A DNA stretch of 64,000 bases, from assembly GCA_031419035.1 (NCBI GenBank), contig JANOKC010000139.1, forward strand, positions 444 through 64,443, read 5' to 3'. Every line of letters begins with the position of its first letter. Position 1 is the first letter of the stretch. Both the position numbers and the translations under genes were made by a program. This DNA is from Novosphingobium sp. (GTDB lineage Bacteria; Pseudomonadota; Alphaproteobacteria; Sphingomonadales; Sphingomonadaceae). Below, in pieces: positions 46,760 through 54,810 of the stretch. Below the pieces are notes generated by a model. That model saw nothing but the letters and a program-made list of their open reading frames with translations. It did not search any database and was not told the DNA's origin.

Positions 46760-47934
46760 CTGCTCCCACCCCGCTTGCGGGCATCAGGGTGATCGAGTTC
46801 ACCCATATGGTGATGGGGCCAACGGTGGGCCATATTCTGGCGGGCCTTGGTGCCGAAGTGATCCGGGTCGAGCCGATCGGCGGCGATCAGACCCGGCGGT
46901 TGCTGGGTTCGGGCGCGGGCTATTTCCCGATGTATAACCGGGGCAAGCAATCGATCTGCCTCAACCTCAAATCCGCATCAGGTTTGAACATCGCGCAGGA
47001 GCTGTGCGCCGGGGCCGATGTGGTGGTGGAGAATTTTCGTCCCGGCGCGCTTGATCGGCTGGGGCTGGGGTATGAGGCGCTGTCCGCTGCCAATCCGCGC
47101 CTGATCTATGCCAGCGAAAAAGGCTTTCTCCCTGGTCCCTACGAACAACGCACCGCGCTGGACGAGGTGGCACAGATGATGGGCGGGCTGGCCTATATGA
47201 CCGGGCCGCCGGGCAAACCCTTGCGTGCAGGGGCCAGCGTGATCGACGTGGCTGGCGGAATGTTCGGCGTGATCGGGATCCTCGCCGCGCTGGAGGAACG
47301 CCACCGCACCGGGCGCGGACAAAAGATTGTCGCCAGCCTGTTCGAGACCACCGCCTATCTGGTCGGCCAGCATATGGCGCAGTTTGCCGTGACCGGGAAA
47401 CCCGCCGCGCCGATGCCCGCGCGGGTTTCCGCATGGGCGATCTATGACGTGTTTGAAACGCTGGACGAGCCGGTATTCATCGGCGTTGTCACCGACGCGC
47501 TGTGGGAGAAATTCTGCACGATGTTTGCGCTGGACGCGCTGTGGGCGGACGAAACCATCCGCGCCAATAACCAGCGCGTGCTGGCGCGGGACCGGATCCT
47601 GCCCACCATTCGCGCGCTGATTGCGGGCATGACCCGCGCCGAAGTAATCGCAAGGCTCGATGGCACCGGCATGCCGTTTGCCCCGATCGGACGGCCCGAG
47701 GATCTGTTTGATGATCCCCACCTTGCAACGGGCGGGCTGGAGCCAGTGACATTGGACAATGGCACCGAGACTCGCCTGCCGACTATCCCGCTGGAAATGG
47801 ACGGCAAGCGCCCCGGCGGAGCGACCAGGCTGCCCCTGCCCGGCGCCGATGCCCGCGCCGTGCTGGCTGCACTGGGCTATGATGAGACCAGAATTGCCGC
47901 ACTGATTGCCAGCGGCGCGGTGGAGGAAAGCTGA
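46756..47934 (+). CDS. CaiB/BaiF family III CoA transferase
   Basis: PLAGIRVIE, LGAEVIRVE, NRGKQS, ADVVVENFRPG. Confidence 0.93.
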   Translation: MTAPTPLAGIRVIEFTHMVMGPTVGHILAGLGAEVIRVEPIGGDQTRRLLGSGAGYFPMYNRGKQSICLNLKSASGLNIAQELCAGADVVVENFRPGALDRLGLGYEALSAANPRLIYASEKGFLPGPYEQRTALDEVAQMMGGLAYMTGPPGKPLRAGASVIDVAGGMFGVIGILAALEERHRTGRGQKIVASLFETTAYLVGQHMAQFAVTGKPAAPMPARVSAWAIYDVFETLDEPVFIGVVTDALWEKFCTMFALDALWADETIRANNQRVLARDRILPTIRALIAGMTRAEVIARLDGTGMPFAPIGRPEDLFDDPHLATGGLEPVTLDNGTETRLPTIPLEMDGKRPGGATRLPLPGADARAVLAALGYDETRIAALIASGAVEES

Positions 47935-48512
47935 TGAAGATTGCCGCGCTTCTTGTTGCCATGCTGCTGGGTGGCTGCACCCATGCGACAAATACCGGCG
48001 CTGCACCGGCAGCACCCGGCGTTTCCGCGCCGGCCGAGCGCCTGCCAACCGATGTCCGCCGGGTCACGCTGATCGTCCGCAACATGGAAAACAGCCTGAT
48101 GCTTTACCGCGATGTAGTGGGGATGAAGGTCAATTATGATGCGGTGGTCGAAACCAGCGGGGTGGCGCTGCCCGCCGGGGTGCCGGGGGCCAAGGCGCGG
48201 CTGGTGCTGCTCAATGCCAATGATCCGTGGGTCGGCTGGGTCGGGCTGATGGAATGGACCACACCGCCGCTGGCCGATCCGGGCGCCTACCCCAAACGGA
48301 TGGGACCGGGCGGGGTAGTGATCGTGATGAACACCGATGATGTCGATGGCCGCTGCGAGCGGGCGCGCTCAGTGCCGGGCGTAACCTTCACTGCCGAGGC
48401 ACGGATGCAGGAATATGCTGGCCGCAATGGCGGCCCGCCGATCCGGGTGCGCGGCTGCAATTTCTTTGATCCCGATGGCATCCTGATCGAGATGAACCAG
48501 ATTCAGAAATGA
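47934..48512 (+). CDS. VOC-family lipoprotein
   Basis: Lipobox LGGC, RRVTLIV..ME.SL..YRD, FFDPDGILIE. Confidence 0.8.
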   Translation: MKIAALLVAMLLGGCTHATNTGAAPAAPGVSAPAERLPTDVRRVTLIVRNMENSLMLYRDVVGMKVNYDAVVETSGVALPAGVPGAKARLVLLNANDPWVGWVGLMEWTTPPLADPGAYPKRMGPGGVVIVMNTDDVDGRCERARSVPGVTFTAEARMQEYAGRNGGPPIRVRGCNFFDPDGILIEMNQIQK

Positions 48513-48517
48513 TGTGA

Positions 48518-48544
48518 TCCTCCCCGAGCAATGCTCAGGGAGGA
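48518..48544. terminator. Hairpin TCCTCCCCGAGCA-A-TGCTCAGGGAGGA between convergent genes (terminator or REP-like)
   Basis: Stem with one mismatch, read directly. Confidence 0.55.
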
Positions 48545-48549
48545 AAGCC

Positions 48550-49227
48550 TCAGAACGGCTTCACCGTGCCGAGGAAGCAGATCCCCGAAATGGTGATCCA
48601 ATAAACATAGGCCATTGCCCGGGCATATCCGATCTCACGCTCCAGCGCGGCTTCGGCAGCAGGATTCGGTCCCTCGGCCAGCTGGCGGAACCGCGTGGTC
48701 CAGGCCCGCATGATGAAGCGCAGGCCAAGCCCGATGCACAGCGCAAAGCCATAGAGCGTGAACTTCCACGCATACCAGCGGGTGCCCTCGCTCGCCTCGA
48801 ACGGTCCGTTGCCCAACAGCGAGGATATGCCGACCACGAAGATCGCCGGGATCAGGATAAAACGGATACGCTCGTCCAGCTTGGTCAGTTTGAGGCCAAG
48901 ATCGCTCTCGCGCTTGATGAAGGCGGCCCAGCACAGTCCCATCCAAACCGCCACCGCCAGCCACATCGCGGTCAGGTAGCCGCCGCCATAGGGCTGCAAT
49001 CCATAAATGAAGCCCATATGAAGCCCCAGCGGCAGCAGCAGGATGATCCCGGTCCGCGCCAGAATATCGATCCGATAGGCGGTTTCCATATGCCGCCGCC
49101 GCTCATCGAGCGAGAGCTTGCGGTTGACCACATTGTAGCTCGTCTGGAACACCCCCCATTCACCGCCCAGCCAATAGACCATGGCGATAATGTGGAACCA
49201 GCGCAGCACCAGCACTTCTTCAAACAT
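48550..49227 (-). CDS. Integral membrane protein of unknown function (paralog of 27124)
   Basis: WFHIIAMVYWLGGEWGVF, ERR...RIDILART, C-terminal LGTVKPF (LGVVKP in 27124). Confidence 0.8.
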   Translation of the reverse strand: MFEEVLVLRWFHIIAMVYWLGGEWGVFQTSYNVVNRKLSLDERRRHMETAYRIDILARTGIILLLPLGLHMGFIYGLQPYGGGYLTAMWLAVAVWMGLCWAAFIKRESDLGLKLTKLDERIRFILIPAIFVVGISSLLGNGPFEASEGTRWYAWKFTLYGFALCIGLGLRFIMRAWTTRFRQLAEGPNPAAEAALEREIGYARAMAYVYWITISGICFLGTVKPF

Positions 49228-49261
49228 CCAGCTTCTCCCCCTGAACTTTCCCTGTCCGGCG

Positions 49262-49621
49262 CTATTCGCGGGCCAGCCTATCAACCCAATCCATGATCGG
49301 CGGATCGGGGTTCTGCATCGCTTCTACATCTTGCTGGAAACCGCGCATCACCCGGGCAAGAAAGGCCTTGGTCGCCAGGCCCCGTTCCTCGCCAGCATCG
49401 CGGTCCGGCTGGTAGCCATTGATATCGGCGCGGCTGATTGTGCCCTTGGCATCCAGCAGCCGTTCAATTGTATCGAGCCGTTCGCGCAGCACCGAAACCT
49501 CGGCGAGCATCGCCATGTTCAGCGACACCAGCCGATCAACCGCCGGATCCTCAAAGTAATCGGGACGCCGGCCCTTGGCGCGTGCACCGGCGCGGGCGAT
49601 CCAGTCAATCTCGTCGGTCAT
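49262..49621 (-). CDS. Small helical hypothetical protein, partner of methyltransferase paralog 3
   Basis: AKGRRPDYFEDPAVDRLVS....LAEVSVLRERLDTIERLL. Start overlaps the upstream stop. Confidence 0.82.
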   Translation of the reverse strand: MTDEIDWIARAGARAKGRRPDYFEDPAVDRLVSLNMAMLAEVSVLRERLDTIERLLDAKGTISRADINGYQPDRDAGEERGLATKAFLARVMRGFQQDVEAMQNPDPPIMDWVDRLARE

Positions 49622-50832
49622 GCCGCCAGATCCTGCGCCAAGGCCTTCCAGGCACCGTAGGCGTTCCACACAGCAGCGCGGCCATAATCTTCTTCCCCGG
49701 CCGTCGGAGCATCGGGGAAAATCGTCCGGTCTACTACCGCGCGCACGCCGATCACGAACTGGCTGTCCTTGGCAAAGCCTGCACCCGCCATAACATCCTT
49801 AAGGTCAAAGCCGTGCATCGCGGTCCAGAACGGCTCATTGTTGTTGAACGCATCCCAATCGCGCATGAACTGTTCAAACAGCGGCATTTCGGGCGAATAT
49901 TGCGGCTGTTCGACATGCAGGATCAACCCCCCAGGGGCAAGCACCCGGTGGCATTCAGCCAGCAGCTTTGGCATCGCCTTGCCCGACAGCTCGTGCAGGA
50001 ACATGGTGGTCTGGACCCAATCGAAATGCCCATCGGGATAGCGCGACAGATCCTCGCCATTGGCCTGGACGAAGCGGATATTGCGCACCCCCAGCCCCGC
50101 CGCCCGCGCCGCGCCATAGCGCAGCGACGCGCCGGCGGTATCGATCGCAATAACTTCGGCATCCGGATAGGCCTGCGCAATCGGCACCGCATTATGACCA
50201 ACCGTAGCCCCGACATCGAGGATCCGGCGGGGCTGCCAGTCGGGCCGGTCCGCTCTGGCCCATGCTGCCACCGCCTGCCCGCCGCCATCGTTGAGGCCGC
50301 CAAGCTGGCCGCCGGTGGTCGCAAATATGCCGACATCATAATTCGCCCCGGCCGAGACATCGCCAGGCCGTTCTTCGCTGTGATAGCTGCCGGGCTGGCA
50401 GTGGATATCGACCGCGGTCTGATAGAACGGCTGGGCAATCGTCGGATCAAGCTCCAGCATTCCCGAATGCTCATTGAACTGGCGGGCCAGGGCATCAAGC
50501 TCGTCCAGTTGGCGCAGCACTGTCTGGCGCCCATTGTGCTGGCGCATCTCCATCGAATTGCGCTTCAGGGCGGACCACATCCGGTGCCAGGGATCGCTGT
50601 TCATCGCATCGCGGATTTCATAGCGGTGCTGCGGATCGCGGCCATGTGTCGCGCGGAAGCCGGGCAGCGCGCGGGTTTCATAGGCGAGCCGATTGCCCGC
50701 GCCGACCGTGCCGGAGAGGTAGCGGTTAAGGTGGGTCAGAAAGTTGAACCGCGCCGCCTCGTCATGATCGGTGCGCGCCAGCATCGGATGCCGGGTCAAC
50801 GCGGAATAGGGCGGCGGAATGTCGATACTCAT
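49618..50832 (-). CDS. Class I SAM-dependent methyltransferase-fold protein (paralog 3)
   Basis: ILDVGATVG, DGHFDWV, RVLAPGG, HDEAAR, DIHCQPGSY, NNEPFW. Confidence 0.88.
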   Translation of the reverse strand: MSIDIPPPYSALTRHPMLARTDHDEAARFNFLTHLNRYLSGTVGAGNRLAYETRALPGFRATHGRDPQHRYEIRDAMNSDPWHRMWSALKRNSMEMRQHNGRQTVLRQLDELDALARQFNEHSGMLELDPTIAQPFYQTAVDIHCQPGSYHSEERPGDVSAGANYDVGIFATTGGQLGGLNDGGGQAVAAWARADRPDWQPRRILDVGATVGHNAVPIAQAYPDAEVIAIDTAGASLRYGAARAAGLGVRNIRFVQANGEDLSRYPDGHFDWVQTTMFLHELSGKAMPKLLAECHRVLAPGGLILHVEQPQYSPEMPLFEQFMRDWDAFNNNEPFWTAMHGFDLKDVMAGAGFAKDSQFVIGVRAVVDRTIFPDAPTAGEEDYGRAAVWNAYGAWKALAQDLAA

Positions 50833-50881
50833 GAAACGCTCCTCCATCGGGGCGGTGCAGCATGCTGTCGGGCAATGAAAG

Positions 50882-50897
50882 ATTTGTCCGGACAAAT
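50882..50897. promoter_or_regulatory. Operator palindrome ATTTGTCCGGACAAAT
   Basis: Identical to the 23448 site, 50 bp upstream of methyltransferase 3. Confidence 0.78.
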
Positions 50898-51015
50898 TTC
50901 ACGCCAGCCGTGAACTGTCAAGACTTGTGCAACCTGCTGCTTGCTGCCGCAAGTCGTGAATTGCTGCCTTGATACAGATCAAACCCGCCAGGCGGTCACC
51001 GCGAAAATAGAGCCT

Positions 51016-51900
51016 TCACCCAAGGAACGGATTGATCAACGCCGCCAGCTCTGCCGGGGCGGCATCGAATAGCCCATAGCGCCAGTCGGGCCGGTCGATC
51101 AACCGCGCGCCCAGCCGTGCCGCCGCCGCTGCACTGCCAGCCTCCAGCCCGTCATGGGGGGCGATCACCAGCGCTGGCTGGCGAATCTGGTCAAGCAGCG
51201 GGGCAAGATCCACCTCCATCGCCGAACGCAGCGCCCATTCATTGTGCCGCCCGGCGCGCTGCTTTTCGGCCACCAGCCGGGCAATGTCATCGATGCTCTG
51301 TCCCGCCGCCTTAACCCCGTAGCTGCCAGACCATTGCCCCAGCAAATGCGTGCCATCCGCCGCAAAGGGTTCCTTGCCCTCATTCAATTGGGCAAGCAGC
51401 ACCTTGCGGCGCGCCTTATCAAAAAAAGGCATGGAAACCAGCACCAGCCGCCGCACCTCGCGCCGCCGGGCGGTCAGATCAACCGCGATCGCCGCGCCGG
51501 TGTGGTAGCCCAGCAGATCAAAACGCCGCCCATAAGCAGGGGCCAGCGCCGCAAGAATGGCATCGCCATAGACAGCCAGTGTTGGCCGATCAGCCGGACG
51601 ATCGCTTTCGCCATAGCCGGGCGTGTCAACCGCGATTGCTACCCGTCCATCGGCAAGGCGGGGCAGCAGTCTTTCAAACATCCGGCCAGACAGCGGCGTC
51701 TGGTGGAACAACAGCAGCGGCGGGCGCTTGCCCTTGCGCCGCAAGGGCTCTGCAATCCGGATGTGGAGCTGGCCGAACGGACCGGATAGATAGGCCCGGC
51801 GCAGGCCCGGCATGGCTGGTTCGGGCAGCGCGAGTGCCGGGATTGCCCAGCCTGCAGCCGCAAATCCAGCAAGGCGAAGCAGGCAGCGCCGATCCAGCAT
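51016..51900 (-). CDS. Alpha/beta hydrolase-fold protein (GYHTG elbow) with Tat-like leader
   Basis: MLDRR.LL leader, LLLFHQTP, DTPGYGES, GYHTG. Confidence 0.85.
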   Translation of the reverse strand: MLDRRCLLRLAGFAAAGWAIPALALPEPAMPGLRRAYLSGPFGQLHIRIAEPLRRKGKRPPLLLFHQTPLSGRMFERLLPRLADGRVAIAVDTPGYGESDRPADRPTLAVYGDAILAALAPAYGRRFDLLGYHTGAAIAVDLTARRREVRRLVLVSMPFFDKARRKVLLAQLNEGKEPFAADGTHLLGQWSGSYGVKAAGQSIDDIARLVAEKQRAGRHNEWALRSAMEVDLAPLLDQIRQPALVIAPHDGLEAGSAAAAARLGARLIDRPDWRYGLFDAAPAELAALINPFLG

Positions 51901-51902
51901 GG

Positions 51903-52442
51903 TCAGTTTAGCCGCTCAGTCAGCTCAAGCATATGGCCATCGGGATCAACGGCGAACATGAATTTGGCATCCCATTCTTCCGAAACGCTTTTGATATGGC
52001 TGGTTTCGGGTTGCTTGTGGATGGTAAAGCCCGCAGCGGCAAGTTTTCGTGCGACGCCAGCCATATCGGCGATCTCGATCATCAGGATCGGATCGCCCCG
52101 GCGCAGCGCGAAGGGCGGCGCGTCTTGCCTTTGGCCCTGCTGGAGCAGGCCGATCATACCAAGATAGGGATCTTTGCCCTTCATGATCACCAGCCGGTTG
52201 GGATCGCCAGGATTGACCCCTTCAACCGGCAGCCCGCCCGCCCGGGTTTGCCCCCACGGGCCGTTCAGCCACAGGGTAAACCCGAGGATCTCATAAAACC
52301 GGATCGAGCGTTCAATATCGAACACCAGCAGCGTCGTGCGGCGCATCACCGTGCCATCGCTGGCCTTGGCAGAAAGCGGCGCGGTGGGCGCGGCGCAGGC
52401 AGTGCTGAGCGTCACCAGCACCGCAAGCGCCAGCCGCTTCAC
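51903..52442 (-). CDS. VOC-family lipoprotein
   Basis: Lipobox STAC, RRTTLLV.DIERS..FY..LGF, DPDGHMLEL. Confidence 0.8.
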   Translation of the reverse strand: MKRLALAVLVTLSTACAAPTAPLSAKASDGTVMRRTTLLVFDIERSIRFYEILGFTLWLNGPWGQTRAGGLPVEGVNPGDPNRLVIMKGKDPYLGMIGLLQQGQRQDAPPFALRRGDPILMIEIADMAGVARKLAAAGFTIHKQPETSHIKSVSEEWDAKFMFAVDPDGHMLELTERLN

Positions 52443-53347
52443 TTGCTCTCGGCGGGCTTGGCCGCAGCCCGCTTGGCGTCGATGTGCTTTTTGAACACCG
52501 TCCAGCTGGTTTCATTGGGCCGCGTATCATCGGTGGGCGGCGGGACGGTATATGCAGGGTAGTTGGCGCGGACCTCTGTCTTCATCCAGGCCGGAAGCTC
52601 TTCAAAGCTGTTGACGCGCAGACCGCCCATATAGTGCACTAGCAATCCATCGCGACCTCCCATTTTCATCCACGGCATCCAGCGTGAAATCCGCCCCCAG
52701 CTGAACACCGAATCCTGAACCCTGGTTGCCTTGGGATTGGTCAGGTCAGCCATCGGCGCTGCCGACATCAGGAATTCCGAGGCCTGATATTTGCCCCCGA
52801 CATAATCCTGATATTCGCCCGCCAACGGACTGTCATAAAATAGCAAGGCTGCCCCGCCGCCCGAATAGGCATAGCCGTTCATCACCATGGAATCGAAGCG
52901 GGCGCGCGGCTTGCCATCCTTGTCGCGGGCATAGCTGGGCTCGCGCGAGTTGACCGGATCATTGTGGACGTGGACAATTTCCACTTCCTCGGCGGTCCAC
53001 GGGTTCTTCCATGTCCGCATCAGCTGATCGGTTTCAGGATCGAGGTAAAACACGATCTCGCGGTTGACCCCGCGTGAGCCGGGGCCGCGAACCGGATCGG
53101 TATAGGGCTTGCACTGCCGCATGCTCATCGCTGCAACATTGAACAGATGACGGTCCTTTTCGCCGCGGATCCGGCTGTAGACCGTTCCTTCCCAGTAATG
53201 CACTGCCACTTCGCCCTCTTTGAGAGAGCAGAACTGCTTGGTGTTCATCTTGAAGGCATCGTCGGAATTGGCCGGATCAAGCGGCTTGGGCGGCGCGGCT
53301 GCGGCCAGCAGGGCCAGCGCGGGAATGAGCAGAACGCGGCGCATCAC
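52439..53347 (-). CDS. DUF1838-like exported protein (paralog 3)
   Basis: Signal peptide, HVHNDPVN, YQDYVGGKY, WMPWMKMG, RPNETSWTVFKK. Confidence 0.82.
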   Translation of the reverse strand: MMRRVLLIPALALLAAAAPPKPLDPANSDDAFKMNTKQFCSLKEGEVAVHYWEGTVYSRIRGEKDRHLFNVAAMSMRQCKPYTDPVRGPGSRGVNREIVFYLDPETDQLMRTWKNPWTAEEVEIVHVHNDPVNSREPSYARDKDGKPRARFDSMVMNGYAYSGGGAALLFYDSPLAGEYQDYVGGKYQASEFLMSAAPMADLTNPKATRVQDSVFSWGRISRWMPWMKMGGRDGLLVHYMGGLRVNSFEELPAWMKTEVRANYPAYTVPPPTDDTRPNETSWTVFKKHIDAKRAAAKPAESK

Positions 53348-54234
53348 TTTGCCTCCACTGGCTTGGCGGGGTGGAGCTTTTTGAACACCTCCCAGCTGGT
53401 TTCATTGGCCCGCGCATCATCCAGCGGCGGCGGCGCTGCGTATGTCGGATAGCGGGTGCGGATGATGCTGCGCATCGGTTCGGGCAGCTGATCGATCGAG
53501 GCCACTCTGCCACCGATCGTCGCAGTATAGATCGCGCCGTTACGGTCACCCATCTTCATCCATGGCAGCCACCCCGAGAGCCGCGACCAGCTGAGCGAGT
53601 GGTGACGCGGCGTGGCCACTTTGCTGTCAAACAGATCACTGGCATAGAAGAAGTCAGTGCCCATCTCCATCGCGTGATACGATCCGCCAACCCAATCCTG
53701 ATAGTCACCCCCCAGCGGATTGCGATAGAACAGCGGCGCATTGCCAGATCGAAAAGCGCGCCCGTTCATCACGGTAAATTCAGCCTTGAGCGGCTTGCCA
53801 TCCTTGCCATGCGCATACATTGCCGCGCGCATATTGACCGGATCATTGGCAACATGGATTACATCCAGCGCCTCGCCAGTCCAAGGATTGGTCCATTTAT
53901 CGGCAATCTCGCCGGTTTTGGGATCGAGGTGGATCATCACCTCGCGGCTGACACTGCGAAAGCCTGAGCCGCGCTGCGGATCCGTGAGATTGATACATTG
54001 GCGGATGTTCATGCCCTGCAGCTTGAACAGCTCACGGTCCTTCTCGCCCTCGACCCGCGAGAACATCGCGCCCTTCCACCAATGGATCACGGTTTCACCC
54101 TGATTGAGCGAGCAGATCGACTTTTGCATGATCTTCAGCGCATCCTCGGCATTGACCGGATCCAGCGGGCGCGCAGCACTTGGCGCGGCGATTATCAGCC
54201 CCAGCGCGGCGGCCAGCAACACATGCTTCATCAT
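53344..54234 (-). CDS. DUF1838-like exported protein (paralog 4)
   Basis: Signal peptide, HVANDPVN, PLFYRNPL, WLPWMKMG, ANETSWEVFKK. Confidence 0.82.
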   Translation of the reverse strand: MMKHVLLAAALGLIIAAPSAARPLDPVNAEDALKIMQKSICSLNQGETVIHWWKGAMFSRVEGEKDRELFKLQGMNIRQCINLTDPQRGSGFRSVSREVMIHLDPKTGEIADKWTNPWTGEALDVIHVANDPVNMRAAMYAHGKDGKPLKAEFTVMNGRAFRSGNAPLFYRNPLGGDYQDWVGGSYHAMEMGTDFFYASDLFDSKVATPRHHSLSWSRLSGWLPWMKMGDRNGAIYTATIGGRVASIDQLPEPMRSIIRTRYPTYAAPPPLDDARANETSWEVFKKLHPAKPVEAK

Positions 54235-54806
54235 TCACTCTCCTTGGCGGATTCGCCCGGCAGCATGGCGCGCAGTGTGGCGTCGCGGCGGACGAAATGG
54301 TGGTACAGGGCAATGGCGGCATGACCGGTCACCAGGATCAACAGACCCCAGGCGACGAGGAAATGAACCCAATAGAACACCGCCACCCCGGCCTTCGATT
54401 TGGGCAGCGGTGAGGGGATTTCGAACAGGCCCCAGAACTTGGTTCCACTGCCGAAGAAACTGGACGCCAGCCAGCCGGTCAGAGGCACGATCAGCATAAA
54501 GCCGTAAAGCGCGATATGAACGCGGTGGCTCCACAGCTTCTCCCATAGGGTAAGCTTTGCGGTTTGCGGAACCGGCTGGCGCAGGCGCCACCAGATCCGC
54601 ATCAGGATCAGCGCCAGCGCAATCAGACCCAGCGCCTTATGCCAATGGATGTATTGGATGAAAATCTTCGGGCCCGAGGTGAACCACCAGGTCGAACCAT
54701 TGACATGCAGAATAAAGATCGAGGTACCGATGATCAGTAACGCAATGGTCCAATGGAGCGCCTTGGCCACGGCGCCCCACCGATGTTCGCTGTTGCCCAA
54801 AGCCAT
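54231..54806 (-). CDS. Cytochrome b561
   Basis: KALHW, WHKALG..RIWWR, HIALY, H.AIALYHHF.RRD.TL..MLP. Confidence 0.9.
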   Translation of the reverse strand: MALGNSEHRWGAVAKALHWTIALLIIGTSIFILHVNGSTWWFTSGPKIFIQYIHWHKALGLIALALILMRIWWRLRQPVPQTAKLTLWEKLWSHRVHIALYGFMLIVPLTGWLASSFFGSGTKFWGLFEIPSPLPKSKAGVAVFYWVHFLVAWGLLILVTGHAAIALYHHFVRRDATLRAMLPGESAKESE

Positions 54807-54810
54807 CGCC

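Noticed and set aside
7852-50832. Methyltransferase plus small gene pairs as toxin-antitoxin or restriction-modification modules
   Set aside because: The proteins have small-molecule class I motifs, no DNA-MTase DPPY/PC motifs and no nuclease partner, and they are embedded in metabolic operons.
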